From: Schmidtea polychroa
Lineage: Eukaryota
Reading direction: 5' to 3'
Assembly: GCA_044892525.1 (NCBI GenBank)
Contig: CM097885.1
Span: forward strand, 40,364,001 to 40,424,000
Length of the DNA: 60,000 nucleotides
In this document: positions 12,355 to 25,369 of the stretch, piece after piece
How positions within the stretch are numbered: position 1 is the first letter of the stretch
Layout of the letters: each line of letters starts with the position of its first letter
Notes under the pieces: model-generated
Told to the model about the DNA's origin: nothing
The model's database searches: none
Seen by the model: the letters and a program-made list of their open reading frames with translations, nothing else
Program-made: the position numbers and the translations under genes

Positions 12355-12748
12355 TCCTGATATTGTAAACTTTTATAGTAATAGTCAATCTGGTGGAGAT
12401 TTACCATATTTTGTTGGTAAACAATATGGAACAGGTTGGTTAAAAACAATAGGTCGATTTGCTTTACCAATTCTTAGACGCATAGGTAATTTTGGTATGA
12501 AAACTGCACATGATGTAATAAATAACAATTCCAAAATTCTACCTGCTTTAAAATCAAATGTTTTATCTGAAATTAAACATTCACTACCTGATGTAATTCA
12601 ACATTTGCCTACTGTAATTAATAAAGTATCTGATGTTTTTAATAAACAAGAGAATGAACAAAAAGGTGGAATGATTAAACGCAGAAAAACTTTAAAGAAT
12701 CATATAAACAAAAGAATGAAAGGCTTTGGAACTATATTCGAAAAATGA
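12347..12748 (+). CDS. Small basic Polinton/adintovirus virion core or membrane-active protein
   Basis: QSGG and QKGG protease-site-like motifs, amphipathic GWLKTIGRFALPILRRIG, basic C-terminus. Lies between the minor and major capsid genes. Confidence 0.65.
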   Translation: MNNPDIVNFYSNSQSGGDLPYFVGKQYGTGWLKTIGRFALPILRRIGNFGMKTAHDVINNNSKILPALKSNVLSEIKHSLPDVIQHLPTVINKVSDVFNKQENEQKGGMIKRRKTLKNHINKRMKGFGTIFEK

Positions 12749-13732
12749 TTAGCGCAAAATCTGAATTATGTATTTTTGATAGACCATCACCTCAAACAGT
12801 AATTGAACATGGTTCATTTGAAGATATTTATCCAACGAATTCAATTACTGATACTGTTACCTCTTCAATTCAATTTTACATTAACGGATCTCAAATCGAA
12901 TATTTAGATTTGAGTGATACTTTACTTTATCTTCAGTTGAAAGTTGTAAATAATGTAGGTGAAAATTTTTCTGATGATTTTGTTGTAACTGCAAACAATT
13001 TCTTTTTCCAAACTCTTTTTAAAGAAGATGAATTAAATTTTAATTCTATTAAAGTTGAAGGAGGAAATGATACATTTGCTCATAAAGTATTAATCGAAAC
13101 AATATTAAATTACAATCATGATACAAAACGTACATGTTTAGAAGGTATGGGGTACAGTGAAGATGATAATATACGAAAAACGTGGATTGCAAAATCTAAA
13201 CCATTTTCATTATGTTCACCAATACAATTTAATTTTATCGATGAACCAAAATATTTGTTACCTGGTGTTAGTGTCCAAAAATTAATTGACGAGATCAAGT
13301 CCATCACATAGTTCAACATGAATAAAAATGGAACCTACAATTGAATTATTAGATACAAAATTAATGGTAAGAAGAGTTCGAGTTGAACCATCCGTTTTAG
13401 CTGGTCTTCAAATTGGACTTGCTTCAAGAAATGCAATTTATCCTTTGAGAAGCAAGGAAGTTGTCGAATTTTCGTTACCTACTGGATCTTCTTTTATAAG
13501 GAACAAATCTTTGGTGATCGGTGATTACCAAATTTTATTCTTGTAACATTTCAAAGAAATAAAAGAAATAATGGATCACTAACAAATTCTTATTCAATTT
13601 ACGACCATAATAATGTAAAATCAATTATTTTATTGAAAGAAAGCGACTATCGTGACAAATATAGTCAAGATTTTGAAAATGATAGTTATAGTACAAGTTA
13701 TATGCAGTCAATAATTAGAAACATGGGTTACC
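12745..13732 (+). pseudogene. Polinton major capsid protein (double jelly-roll), 5' part, interrupted by element B
   Basis: KSELCIFDRPSPQTVIE, YLDLSDTLLYLQLKV, KYLLPGVSV, LMVRRVRVEP, NAIYP. Contains frameshifts and ends at TSD GTTACC. Confidence 0.85.
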
Positions 13733-14091
13733 AGTAGTATGTAGTAAGGACTCCAGCGCACTTCCAAGGTCATGGAATATCAAGATCAAATATAGACCAA
13801 TCGAATCATTTTTTTTTAAATTAACATTTTATTTAATTACTTCTTTTTAATTTTATTAATTAATTATTTTATTATGTTTTATTTTAATTTATTAGTTTAT
13901 TAATATTTTATTTTAATTACTTACGCTATTTAATTATTATTATTATTATTATTATTATTATTTTTTTTTTTAAATTTATTTATTTATTTTTTAATTTAAA
14001 TTTTATTTAATTACTTCTATTTATTTTTTTTTCTTTTTAATTTTCTTAATTAATTATTTTTATTATGTATTTATTTTAATATTATTTTATT

Positions 14092-14124
<33 letters not shown>

Positions 14125-14480
14125 TTTTTTTTTAATTTTACATTTACATTATATTCAAACAAGAGGTAAATTATAACAATAATATTTCAATTTGAATAAA
14201 ATTTTAATTAGTAATTATTCAATTTGAATAAAATTTTAATTAGAAATTATTTAATTTATTATAAAATAAAACGATGATTTAATTTGAGATAAACTGGATA
14301 TTAATATTTCGGAAAAAATAAAAAAAAATAAATAACATAAACACGAAAATAATATTTCTTACTTGAAACTAATTATCTAAATTAATTGGACAAATGAATA
14401 ATTAAATGATAAAACACATTTTAATTAACTAAGTCAAATAATTCACAATATATATTTTATTATTCACATAAATTTAATTG

Positions 14481-17375
14481 TTAAAGTGCTTGTTTCGATT
14501 TGCATTCATTTCTAGACATAGCAGTTGCAATATGCATTTGACGAATCTTATAGTGACCGTAGGCATAGCTTTCATTAGAATTGAACCAATACCTTTTATC
14601 ATCCAAACATTGGAGAGCTCGTTTTTCTGTAATGAAAGTATACAACTGATGATTAACACTTCCTATTCTCTTTTGTTGGATGCTCACTGTTCCACCATGA
14701 GTATACACTTTTTTATAGGCTTCATGGGTGATATTAGAATTTGTAAGACTTATTCCTTTGGCATTTAGAGTGTTTTTATCGCCTTGGAGTGAGTAGCACT
14801 TGGGTCGAAGAAACACCCATTCTTTATATTGATTTCCTTTATTCTCATCCTTGAATTTCCCGATTACCGAACAAATTTTATCTGAGAACAATGGATCAGT
14901 CACTGGATAATTTGAAGTATCTAGGAGCCCATCGGCAATCATTTTTGGATACAGTTGTAAGCGTAAATCAACATTTTTACACTCTAAAAAGAAGGAATCT
15001 GTGTCACCGGCTACGATATTAATTTGACAATTGAATTCTTCTCTATAACTCTGTAGTTCTTTATATTGAAACTTGTACATGCGAAGTTTAGATAAATCAA
15101 GTACGGTTTGTCCAATATACATTGGTCTATCTAAACACACCATTTCCTTATCAAGTATAACAGCAATGAGATCATCCGCAATCTTGATGCTACGACGAAA
15201 CATAGGATTACTACAATAAGTTATCAATCTTTTGCTTTTGCTGCATAATCTCAAATTTATACGTTTCTTAAGGTTTTCCACGGTTTTACCGTATAAACTA
15301 TTGTTCTTTAACTTATAATAATCTCGCTGAAATGAATCTGTACTAGCCGCTCTCATTTGAGTATTGTAATCAATATAGCCTTTGAAAATAGCTAATTGCT
15401 TGAATTCTACAGCACGATTAACTTTTGTGACTTTTGCGCCATAACTCAACCACTCTGTCAAAACTCTACCATTAACTACATAGTTTTTCTTAGGCTCATG
15501 AGTTAACAACAGCTTTGCAACTTTACTACCAGGTGGATAACAAAGCTCAGGAGCTATAGGTAAATCATCTAGCTTATCTTGTATACTATCAGGAATGAGG
15601 ATGTCAACCTCTAGAACATATCCACGATCTCCATCAAACTCATCCCCATTTGCACATCTTTCAAGAATACCATTCATTTCAGTCTGATCATTTATCCATC
15701 TAAATTCACCAACAGGAAGTTTTTGCGACAGCGCCCATCCATATAAATTATTAACATCTAGGTATGACATTTGTGTTGATTCATCAGCTTCAACATGATG
15801 TTTGTTGATAAATGTCATTCCACCACGAATACCAGCTTCAAATAAACGGTAAAACTCTGGATCTTGAATAAGTTCTACCGGTTCAGGTAACTGTTTAATA
15901 GCTGATGCCCAACTTAATCCGGGTATGGAAACAAACGATAGAGCCTCAAGTCCATCTTCGTCAAATGTTTTTTCTCTGAAAGCTTCAAAAACATCGGCCA
16001 ACAGAAAAACATCCAGCTTGAGATATACTAGCATGTAATCTAGCAGTGTCTCACAGTTGTATTGTTGCCAGATTCGATTTGCATGTATATAATCTTCTTC
16101 ACTAACTCCCTTCCAAATCAGTGGTAATTCTGTTATTGACTGTAAAACATCCATTGATGTAGCCATATCATAAGGAAAAATGGTTTTACAAGTCATCATC
16201 TGTGATTCAAAAACAACTGAGGTCAGTGGAAGACATGGTAAATTTTTTGATAAATTTGCCAAGCTGCTATTTAAAAATTGTAAAGAATCAATGAATCTAA
16301 TTCTTCTGCCTTTCGATGTCGCTGTAAGTGTGAGAAACTTTTCTGTTGATTGAGGAATAACATTTAAATTCCAATCGGGGAATTTTCCAATTACATATTT
16401 TAATATATGATGAATGTCATATCCACGAAGATTGTGAAATACAACAGGTAAAGACGGATTGATTCTTCTAGCCAAATTACAATCTTGACACGCTGCTCCG
16501 AGATATTGACCGGTAAAATGATCATGATCCCGAACAGGTATATTGATAATCTTTTTACAAAGGTAGCAATGAGTTTGATTCGTAAATTCTTCCTGCTGTT
16601 CCCAAGTGAGTTCCATCATTTCCTTCGATCCATTAATTTTATACCACGGATAAACTATGTCTGTAGCTATATCATCCAATGCTTGTATAAACTGAATAAT
16701 ACAGTTTTTCCCAACAAATGTTTCATTTCGAATCGGACAACCTTGCTGAAGAAGCACAAATTCAGATGCAATCGGCTCATGTTTTTGGAAGTGCTTGTCA
16801 TCTAGAGGTAATATTGATTCAAAGTCCGCGTAGACAACAAACTGCTGTTTTATAGTTTTACTCCAGTCTTTAAATTCGATATATTTATTCTCTGGCATTG
16901 AGTATAGAGTCGTCCGCTCTACATTCTTCCTACAAAGACCTATATGTCTTTCAAAAGCAGGGCGTTTTTGAAATCCATGAAGACATGTATGACACCATTG
17001 TGATTGGATTCTGACTCCTTCTACTCTATCTCTGTAATTCAGCAGTCGATCAAGATTAGTTACAGCCAAAAAATGATAATTTAATTCTAAAATTTAGTTA
17101 ATATTTTTAATGATTTAAAGAAATATTACCTTCTTCAATCAATAGGAGATATATCTGAGATCCCGTCAAAGTACTTCTATATACCAAGTCAACGAACGGA
17201 TTCTTGAAAATATCATTAGTTTTTTGTTTAATTGGATCCTTATTATATTTGAGAACATTGATCGCTAGATTTGGATTCATTGCTTCAAATTGGCAAATGT
17301 TAACCAACTTCATCGGAAACCATTCAAATTTCCATTTTAAGTCTTAAAAACAAAATTCAATGATTTATGACATTC

Positions 17376-17449
<74 letters not shown>

Positions 17450-17851
17450 CCACTTAAGTTATATTTTGTCGTTCTTTCTCTATCCCGACGTATATAATCA
17501 TAACGTAACACGGCCAGTATGCTATATAAAAAACAGAATTGATCATTGTTTTGAACATTAACTAAAGCCTGACAGTTTTTCAGGTAATTTGGCGTGTTTA
17601 TGTAACTTGAACCTAAGTAAATATCTTGATTTATATATATAATAATGTAAATAATCTTACCAGATACATGTATTATGTCTGATAATTTAGTTAAAATCAT
17701 AGTAACTTCTAATATTTTATGAATTCTCCACCCACTACTTTGTTGAGTGTATTTCTCCAACTTTTCTTTTAATTTTTCAATTCCATCATTAATAAATGAA
17801 GATGACATTGTAATTGCTTTTTTTCGACAAACACCATTTTTTAATTTCACC
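14481..17851 (-). pseudogene. 5'-truncated inverted duplicate of element B pPolB (862-aa last exon intact)
   Basis: Near-identical reverse complement of 19784-23094 (3 aa differences in the 862-aa ORF). Lacks the promoter and first exons. One intron is expanded by (TA)n at 17380-17447. Confidence 0.88.
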
Positions 17852-18160
17852 TATAAAATGGATTGATTAGAAATTATGCATCTTGTTTTGTGTGTAATAC
17901 ACGCATGTTTTTACGATAAATTTGTATTTTTCATACAGTTAACGTAATTTTCTTAAGATTTTATTCATATAATATATAGATAAAATTTAATTTTCTATAA
18001 AATAGATTGATTAGAAATTATGTATCTTGTTTTGTGAGTAATACACACATGTTTTTACGATAAATTTGTATTTATTATACGTTAACGTAATTTCCTTGGA
18101 TATTTATTCATTTATTATAGAGATAAAATTTAATTTTCTATAAAATGGATTGATCTAGAG
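17851..18160. repeat. ~143-bp tandem repeat (2 full units plus a partial) at the inner arm junction of B
   Basis: CTATAAAATRGATTGAT starts at 17851, 17995 and 18138. Confidence 0.8.
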
Positions 18161-18769
18161 TTTAAAATGTTGTATTATTTTATTACTTTGTTGCAATATT
18201 TTTATAATCTTATAACAATTTGTTTAAATATTTTACATCTGTTGAAATATTTCCGAAATATGTTATTACTTTGTTGTAATTTACTGAAAGACTTCACAAT
18301 TTATTACAATATTCTTTTTAATTTGTTGTCTGTCTTCGAAATAATGTATTGATTTGTCTCAATTAACATCATTATTTTATTACTTTGTTGCAATATTTTC
18401 TAATCTTGTTACAATTTGCTTAAATATTTTACAACTGTTGAAAATTTATCTGAAAAACGTTATTACTGTGTTGCAATTTGATGAAAAATGATATTACTTT
18501 GTGGATTCATCACAAATTTTTTTATTACTTTGTTTCAATATTTTTATAATCTTGTTACAATTTGTTTAAATATTTTATAACTTTGTTGGGATTTGATAAA
18601 ATCATTTATTAATTTTTATCATTTGCTTAAATATTTTACATCAGTTGAAATATTTCCGAAATGTCATTACTTGGTTGTAATATTTTTTTTTCATAATGTT
18701 ACAATTTGATTAAATATTTCAGAAATAATAATAATAATAAAAATAATAGTAATAATAATAATAATAATG

Positions 18770-18838
<69 letters not shown>

Positions 18839-19020
18839 GAAATTATGAATATGTTGAAAACTATGAAAATGTTAAAAATAATCATGAAATTGAGGCAAAA
18901 ATTATAAAAATGTTCCTGAAATTATTATGAAAATGTTAAATAAATAAACTTTAGCATCAAAATAAGTTTTTTAAAATACTGCAACGTAATGCATTTATTT
19001 TTCCTACCCCTTCCTTGATT

Positions 19021-19084
19021 TTGATTGGTCAGAATTTAATCATGTGTAATATATAAGCAGTAACTTTTCAAATGTTTGTCATTT
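19021..19084 (+). promoter_or_regulatory. pPolB promoter: CCAAT (ATTGG), TATATAAG, TCATTT initiator
   Basis: ATTGG 19024-19028, TATATAAG 19050-19057, TCATTT 19079-19084. Confidence 0.6.
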
Positions 19085-19107
19085 AAACTTTTAATTTAAA
19101 TTATATA

Positions 19108-22100
19108 AGTGAATAATTTTTTTTTATTCTCTATCTAATATTAATGATTATTTTCTTTTAGTGAACGGATGCAGTTTATATAAATTTTGTATTGCCGAAA
19201 GTCATGAAGATGTGGAGAATTGTAAATCAGTTACATCATCATATTTCAAGATAAATGACTCTACCTTATCGGGTTACATATGTCCGGAATGTCTCATTAT
19301 ATCACCAGGTAGGTGGTTAATGTTTGTACGACAACACGGACACCATCTTAGAAGATTCGAAGAAACGAAGAGCAGGATGATCACTAAAAGTAATACTCTT
19401 TCTACTATTAACAATTATTAATTTTTTATAGTACAATCGAAAATGAATACATCATACGATCCTAAGCCGATTAAAGAATATGTTACAAGTTATGTTATTT
19501 AAGTTGTTTAATATTAATTATAAATATAGTTAGACAAAACTCTGGCACCAGAAAACGAAAGTCAATATTTTACGGAAATGGAGACTCTAACATACAATTG
19601 TGTCCACGTCGGGAGTCTGACTTAAATGGTTCTCGTGTTGAATTGACAAGCGATGTATCTGCAATTAATTCTCCTGACATTGTTGTTCCAGATTGTCTCA
19701 TCAAAGAAATAGAAGATCATATTCAACGAATGGGGACAGTAAAAATCCAATTTGGACTTTGTGCAGAGTTTATCAAAGAGGATGGTGAAATTAAAAAATG
19801 GTGTTTGTCTAATAAAGCAATTACAATGTCATCTTCATTTATTAATGATGGAATTGAAAAATTAAAAGAAAAGTTGGAGAAATACACTCAACAAAGTAGT
19901 GGGTGGAGAATTCATAAAATATTAGAAGTTACTATGATTTTAACTAAATTATCAGACATAATACATGTATCTGGTAAGATTATTTACATTATTATATATA
20001 TAAATCAAGATATTTACTTAGGTTCAAGTTACATAAACACGCCAAATTACCTGAAAAACTGTCAGGCTTTAGTTAATGTTCAAAACAATGATCAATTCTG
20101 TTTTTTATATAGCATACTGGCCGTGTTACGTTATGATTATATACGTCTGGATAGAGAAAGAACAACAAAATATAACTTAAGTGGTAATATATATATTTAT
20201 GAATGTCATAAATCATTGAATTTTGTTTTTAAGACTTAAAATGGAAATTTGAATGGTTTCCGATGAAGTTGGTTAACATTTGCCAATTTGAAGCAATGAA
20301 TCCAAATCTAGCGATCAATGTTCTCAAATATAATAAGGATCCAATTAAACAAAAACTAATGATATTTTCAAGAATCCGTTCGTTGACTTGGTATATAGAA
20401 GTACTTTGACGGGATCTCAGATATATCTCCTATTGATTGAAGAAGGTAATATTTCTTTAAATCATTAAAAATATTAACTAAATTTTAGAATTAAATTATC
20501 ATTTTTTGGCTGTAACTAATCTTGATCGACTGCTGAATTACAGAGATAGAGTAGAAGGAGTCAGAATCCAATCACAATGGTGTCATACATGTCTTCATGG
20601 ATTTCAAAAACGCCCTGCTTTTGAAAGACATATAGGTCTTTGTAGGAAGAATGTAGAGCGGACGACTCTATACTCAATGCCAGAGAATAAATATATCGAA
20701 TTTAAAGACTGGAGTAAAACTATAAAACAGCAGTTTGTTGTCTACGCGGACTTTGAATCAATATTACCTCTAGATGACAAGCACTTCCAAAAACATGAGC
20801 CGATTGCATCTGAATTTGTGCTTCTTCAGCAAGGTTGTCCGATTCGAAATGAAACATTTGTTGGGAAAAACTGTATTATTCAGTTTATACAAGCATTGGA
20901 TGATATAGCTACAGACATAGTTTATCCGTGGTATAAAATTAATGGATCGAAGGAAATGATGGAACTCACTTGGGAACAGCAGGAAGAATTTACGAATCAA
21001 ACTCATTGCTACCTTTGTAAAAAGATTATCAATATACCTGTTCGGGATCATGATCATTTTACCGGTCAATATCTCGGAGCAGCGTGTCAAGATTGTAATT
21101 TGGCTAGAAGAATCAATCCGTCTTTACCTGTTGTATTTCACAATCTTCGTGGATATGACATTCATCATATATTAAAATATGTAATTGGAAAATTCCCCGA
21201 TTGGAATTTAAATGTTATTCCTCAATCAACAGAAAAGTTTCTCACACTTACAGCGACATCGAAAGGCAGAAGAATTAGATTCATTGATTCTTTACAATTT
21301 TTAAATAGCAGCTTGGCAAATTTATCAAAAAATTTACCATGTCTTCCACTGACCTCAGATGTTTTTGAATCACAGATGATGACTTGTAAAACCATTTTTC
21401 CTTATGATATGGCTACATCAATGGATGTTTTACAGTCAATAACAAAATTACCACTGATTTGGAAGGGAGTTAGTGAAGAAGATTATATACATGCAAATCG
21501 AATCTGGCAACAATACAACTGTGAGACACTGCTAGATTACATGCTAGTATATCTCAAGCTGGATGTTTTTCTGTTGGCCGATGTTTTTGAAGCTTTCAGA
21601 GAAAAAACATTTGACGAAGATGGACTTGAGGCTCTATCGTTTGTTTCCATACCCGGATTAAGTTGGGCATCAGCTATTAAACAGTTACCTGAACCGGTAG
21701 AACTTATTCAAGATCCAGAGTTTTACCGTTTATTTGAAGCTGGTATTCGTGGTGGAATGACATTTATCAACAAACATCATGTTGAAGCTGATGAATCAAC
21801 ACAAATGTCATACCTAGATGTTAATAATTTATATGGATGGGCGCTGTCGCAAAAACTTCCTGTTGGTGAATTTAGATGGATAAATGATCAGACTGAAATG
21901 AATGGTATTCTTGAAAGATGTGCAAATGGGGATGAGTTTGATGGAGATCGTGGATATGTTCTAGAGGTTGACATCCTCATTCCTGATAGTATACAAGATA
22001 AGCTAGATGATTTACCTATAGCTCCTGAGCTTTGTTATCCACCTGGTAGTAAAGTTGCAAAGCTGTTGTTAACTCATGAGCCTAAGAAAAACTATGTAGT

Positions 22101-23094
22101 TAATGGTAGAGTTTTGACAGAGTGGTTGAGTTATGGCGCAAAAGTCACAAAAGTTAATCGTGCTGTAGAATTCAAGCAATTAGCTATTTTCAAAGGCTAT
22201 ATTGATTACAATACTCAAATGAGAGCGGCTAGTACAGATTCATTTCAGCGAGATTATTATAAGTTAAAGAACAATAGTTTATACGGTAAAACCGTGGAAA
22301 ACCTTAAGAAACGTATAAATTTGAGATTATGCAGCAAAAGCAAAAGATTGATAACTTATTGTAGTAATCCTATGTTTCGTCGTAGCATCAAGATTGCGGA
22401 TGATCTCATTGCTGTTATACTTGATAAGGAAATGGTGTGTTTAGATAGACCAATGTATATTGGACAAACCGTACTTGATTTATCTAAACTTCGCATGTAC
22501 CAGTTTCAATATAAAGAACTACAGAGTTATAGAGAAGAATTCAATTGTCAAATTAATATCGTAGCCGGTGACACAGATTCCTTCTTTTTAGAGTGTAAAA
22601 ATGTTGATTTACGCTTACAACTGTATCCAAAAATGATTGCCGATGGGCTCCTAGATACTTCAAATTATCCAGTGACTGATCCATTGTTCTCAGATAAAAT
22701 TTGTTCGGTAATCGGGAAATTCAAGGATGAGAATAAAGGAAATCAATATAAAGAATGGGTGTTTCTTCGACCCAAGTGCTACTCACTCCAAGGCGATAAA
22801 AACACTCTAAATGCCAAAGGAATAAGTCTTACAAATTCTAATATCACCCATGAAGCCTATAAAAAAGTGTATACTCATGGTGGAACAGTGAGCATCCAAC
22901 AAAAGAGAATAGGAAGTGTTAATCATCAGTTGTATACTTTCATTACAGAAAAACGAGCTCTCCAATGTTTGGATGATAAAAGGTATTGGTTCAATTCTAA
23001 TGAAAGCTATGCCTACGGTCACTATAAGATTCGTCAAATGCATATTGCAACTGCTATGTCTAGAAATGAATGCAAATCGAAACAAGCACTTTAA
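19108..23094 (+). CDS. Protein-primed family B DNA polymerase (pPolB), spliced, ~1236 aa if a 1-nt deletion near 20351 is corrected
   Basis: Introns 19109-19161, 19390-19431, 19489-19529, 19974-20021, 20184-20233, 20446-20488. Motifs VYADFES, FHNLRGYD, YLKLDV, YLDVNNLYG, KLKNNSLYGK, GDTDS, RPKCYS. C2H2 finger and endonuclease VII-like insert CYLC..RDHDH..AACQDCN. Confidence 0.88.
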
Positions 23095-23847
23095 CAATTA
23101 AATTTATGTGAATAATAAAATATATATTGTGAATTATTTGACTTAGTTAATTAAAATGTGTTTTATCATTTAATTATTCATTTGTCCAATTAATTTAGAT
23201 AATTAGTTTCAAGTAAGAAATATTATTTTCGTGTTTATGTTATTTATTTTTTTTTTATTTTTTCCGAAATATTAATATCCAGTTTATCTAAAATTAAATC
23301 ATCGTTTTATTTTATAATAAATTAAATAATTTCTAATTAAAATTTTATTCAAATTGAATAATTACTAATTAAAATTTTATTCAAATTGAAATATTATTGT
23401 TATAATTTACCTCTTGTTAGAATATAATGTAAATGTAAAATTAAAAAAAAAATAATAATAATAATAATAATAAATAAATAAATAAATAAAATAATATTAA
23501 AATAAATACATAATAAAAATAATTAATTAAGAAAATTAAAAATAAAAAAAAATAAATAGAAGTAATTAAATAAAATTTAAATTAAAAAATAAATAAATAA
23601 ATTTAAAAAAAAAAAATAATAATAATAATAATAATAATAATTAAATAGCGTAAGTAATTAAAATAAAATATTAATAAACTAATAAATTAAAATAAAACAT
23701 AATAAAATAATTAATTAATAAAATTAAAAAGAAGTAATTAAATAAAATGTTAATTTAAAAAAAAATGATTCGATTGGTCTATATTTGATCTTGATATTCC
23801 ATGACCTTGAAAGTGCGCTGGAGTCCTCATTATATGCTACTGTTACC

Positions 23848-24083
23848 TTAATAAGAATATTAATTGTGGAATTAGTATGTCTGACTTTAAAGAAAAGTAT
23901 CCATTCTTTACATTTGTATTGGCTCCTGACTTTGATCTTAATCAAAGTCAATTACCACAGCAAGGAAATTTAAGACTTGATATTAAATTTGTAACACCTC
24001 TAACTGAATCAATTTCTGTAATAGTCTATGGAGTTTTTGAAAAAGAGATTCAAATTACATCCAATCGTACAGTACTAGTGTAA
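23848..24083 (+). pseudogene. Major capsid protein, 3' part
   Basis: In frame with the segment ending at 13732 after removing B. FVLAPD..QQGNLRLDIKF..VIVYGVFEKEIQITSNRTV is a typical Polinton MCP C-terminus. Confidence 0.85.
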
Positions 24084-24186
24084 ATAAAGTTTGAAACTGA
24101 TTGGCTTGAACTATAAACCAAATTACGAAACAATAATTATTAAAAATGAAGTAAGAATTTCATTTTTATTACTTTAATTTATTGAT

Positions 24187-24531
24187 AATAGTTCTATTCA
24201 GATTGAATACATAGGTCGAAGATTGTTCGGAGCTGAATTTCTTGGAGTTTTTCCATTAGATAAAATACCATATATTGATGTAAAGAAGGCTTTAATTGTA
24301 AATACTCAATCTTGTAATCTCAATGGAGAGCATTGGCTCGCAGTTTATGTGAAACCGGAAAAAATATATGCATTTGATCCCATGGGGTTTTATTATCCTC
24401 CTCTATTAATATCAAAACTTCAATCATTGTTAATGCCAATTGAATATAATAAAATTCGCTATCAAAATCCATTGACAAAAACATGTGGGCAACATTGTTT
24501 AGCGTGGTTGAAGTTAATGAAAGATCTTTGA
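24187..24531 (+). CDS. Adenain-like cysteine protease (Polinton PRO); start codon uncertain
   Basis: FLGVFPLD, IVNT, GEHWLAV (His), FDPMG (Asp), YQ...CGQHC (Gln, Cys). Confidence 0.85.
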   Translation, partial: NSSIQIEYIGRRLFGAEFLGVFPLDKIPYIDVKKALIVNTQSCNLNGEHWLAVYVKPEKIYAFDPMGFYYPPLLISKLQSLLMPIEYNKIRYQNPLTKTCGQHCLAWLKLMKDL

Positions 24532-24795
24532 ATATAAAAAAATTTGATCAAATAAATATTATCTTGTTAGTTTGTACTTTTTTGTGTCATCCTACTAGTA
24601 AATATAATTTAATGGTATGTGATTACGTGTTTGGTTTCTTGAGTTCTATTGGTTGCTATTTTATTGAATCATTGTTGTGTAATATGTAATATATAATTGA
24701 AAACATTTCATTTAAAAGTCACTTTTATCAATACCCAAACTTTTGTAACTTTTATGTAATTAATTACTAATTCTCTTATAATGTTTTCTAGATAA

Positions 24796-25253
24796 TGAAT
24801 TGCAACAACAACAACAATAATTACAACAACTTTAATAACATGAACAATGTCAATAGCAAGAATTACAACAAAAACTTAAACAGCAACAATGATAAAATGC
24901 TTCGAAATAAATCCAAGAAAATTAATTAATAATAATAAATATCAACAATTTTTAAATTACTAATTAATTTTTCAATTAATAAAAGGAAATCTGATTTGCC
25001 TATAAGTAACCCTCGTCCATCTAAAATTAAAAATTAAAATAATAATGATCATATTCTTATTCTCTCGGATTCTGAAGACGATGATATAGTTTTAAATAAT
25101 ATGGTAACTCTTCCTGATTTTGAAAATGATGTGGATATAGATTTTCTATCTGACTCTCAAAATGGAGTTGATATAATAACTCTTTCTGACTCTGATGCCG
25201 AAATAATTAATGATAGTACGATACAATATGGTGGATCATTAGAACCGGTTGTA
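24796..25253 (+). pseudogene. N-terminal part of element A pPolB (Asn-rich then acidic, QYGG motif), interrupted by element C
   Basis: ...IQYGGSLEPVV joins in frame to NYDLRKSH (43421) after removing C. Confidence 0.7.
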
Positions 25254-25369
25254 AGTAGATGGATTGGGCACCGCTGGCACAGGGCACCGCTAGCACAGTA
25301 CCCCCCCTCCCCCCTCCCCCCCGTCGGTAAGATTTTCAAAAATATTCTAAGTCTAAAAGTACATTTTTT

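Larger units (their letters stand above)
13733..23841. mobile_element. Element B: 10.1-kb palindromic Polinton-related element encoding only pPolB
   Basis: Termini AGTAGTATG.../...TGCTACT. 6-bp TSD GTTACC (13727-13732, 23842-23847). Inverted arms 13733-17851 and 19784-23841. Excision restores the MCP frame RNMGYLNKNINCGISMSDF. Confidence 0.92.

Noticed and set aside
21810..22580. Non-canonical polymerase motifs DVNNLY and AGDTDS as signs of inactivation
   Set aside because: The catalytic aspartates are retained and the paralogue in A shares the NNLY variant, so this is a lineage trait
14474..23101. Short ORFs overlapping pPolB (14478, 16485, 20770, 22807, 22916)
   Set aside because: Shadow ORFs, duplicated only because the arms are duplicated
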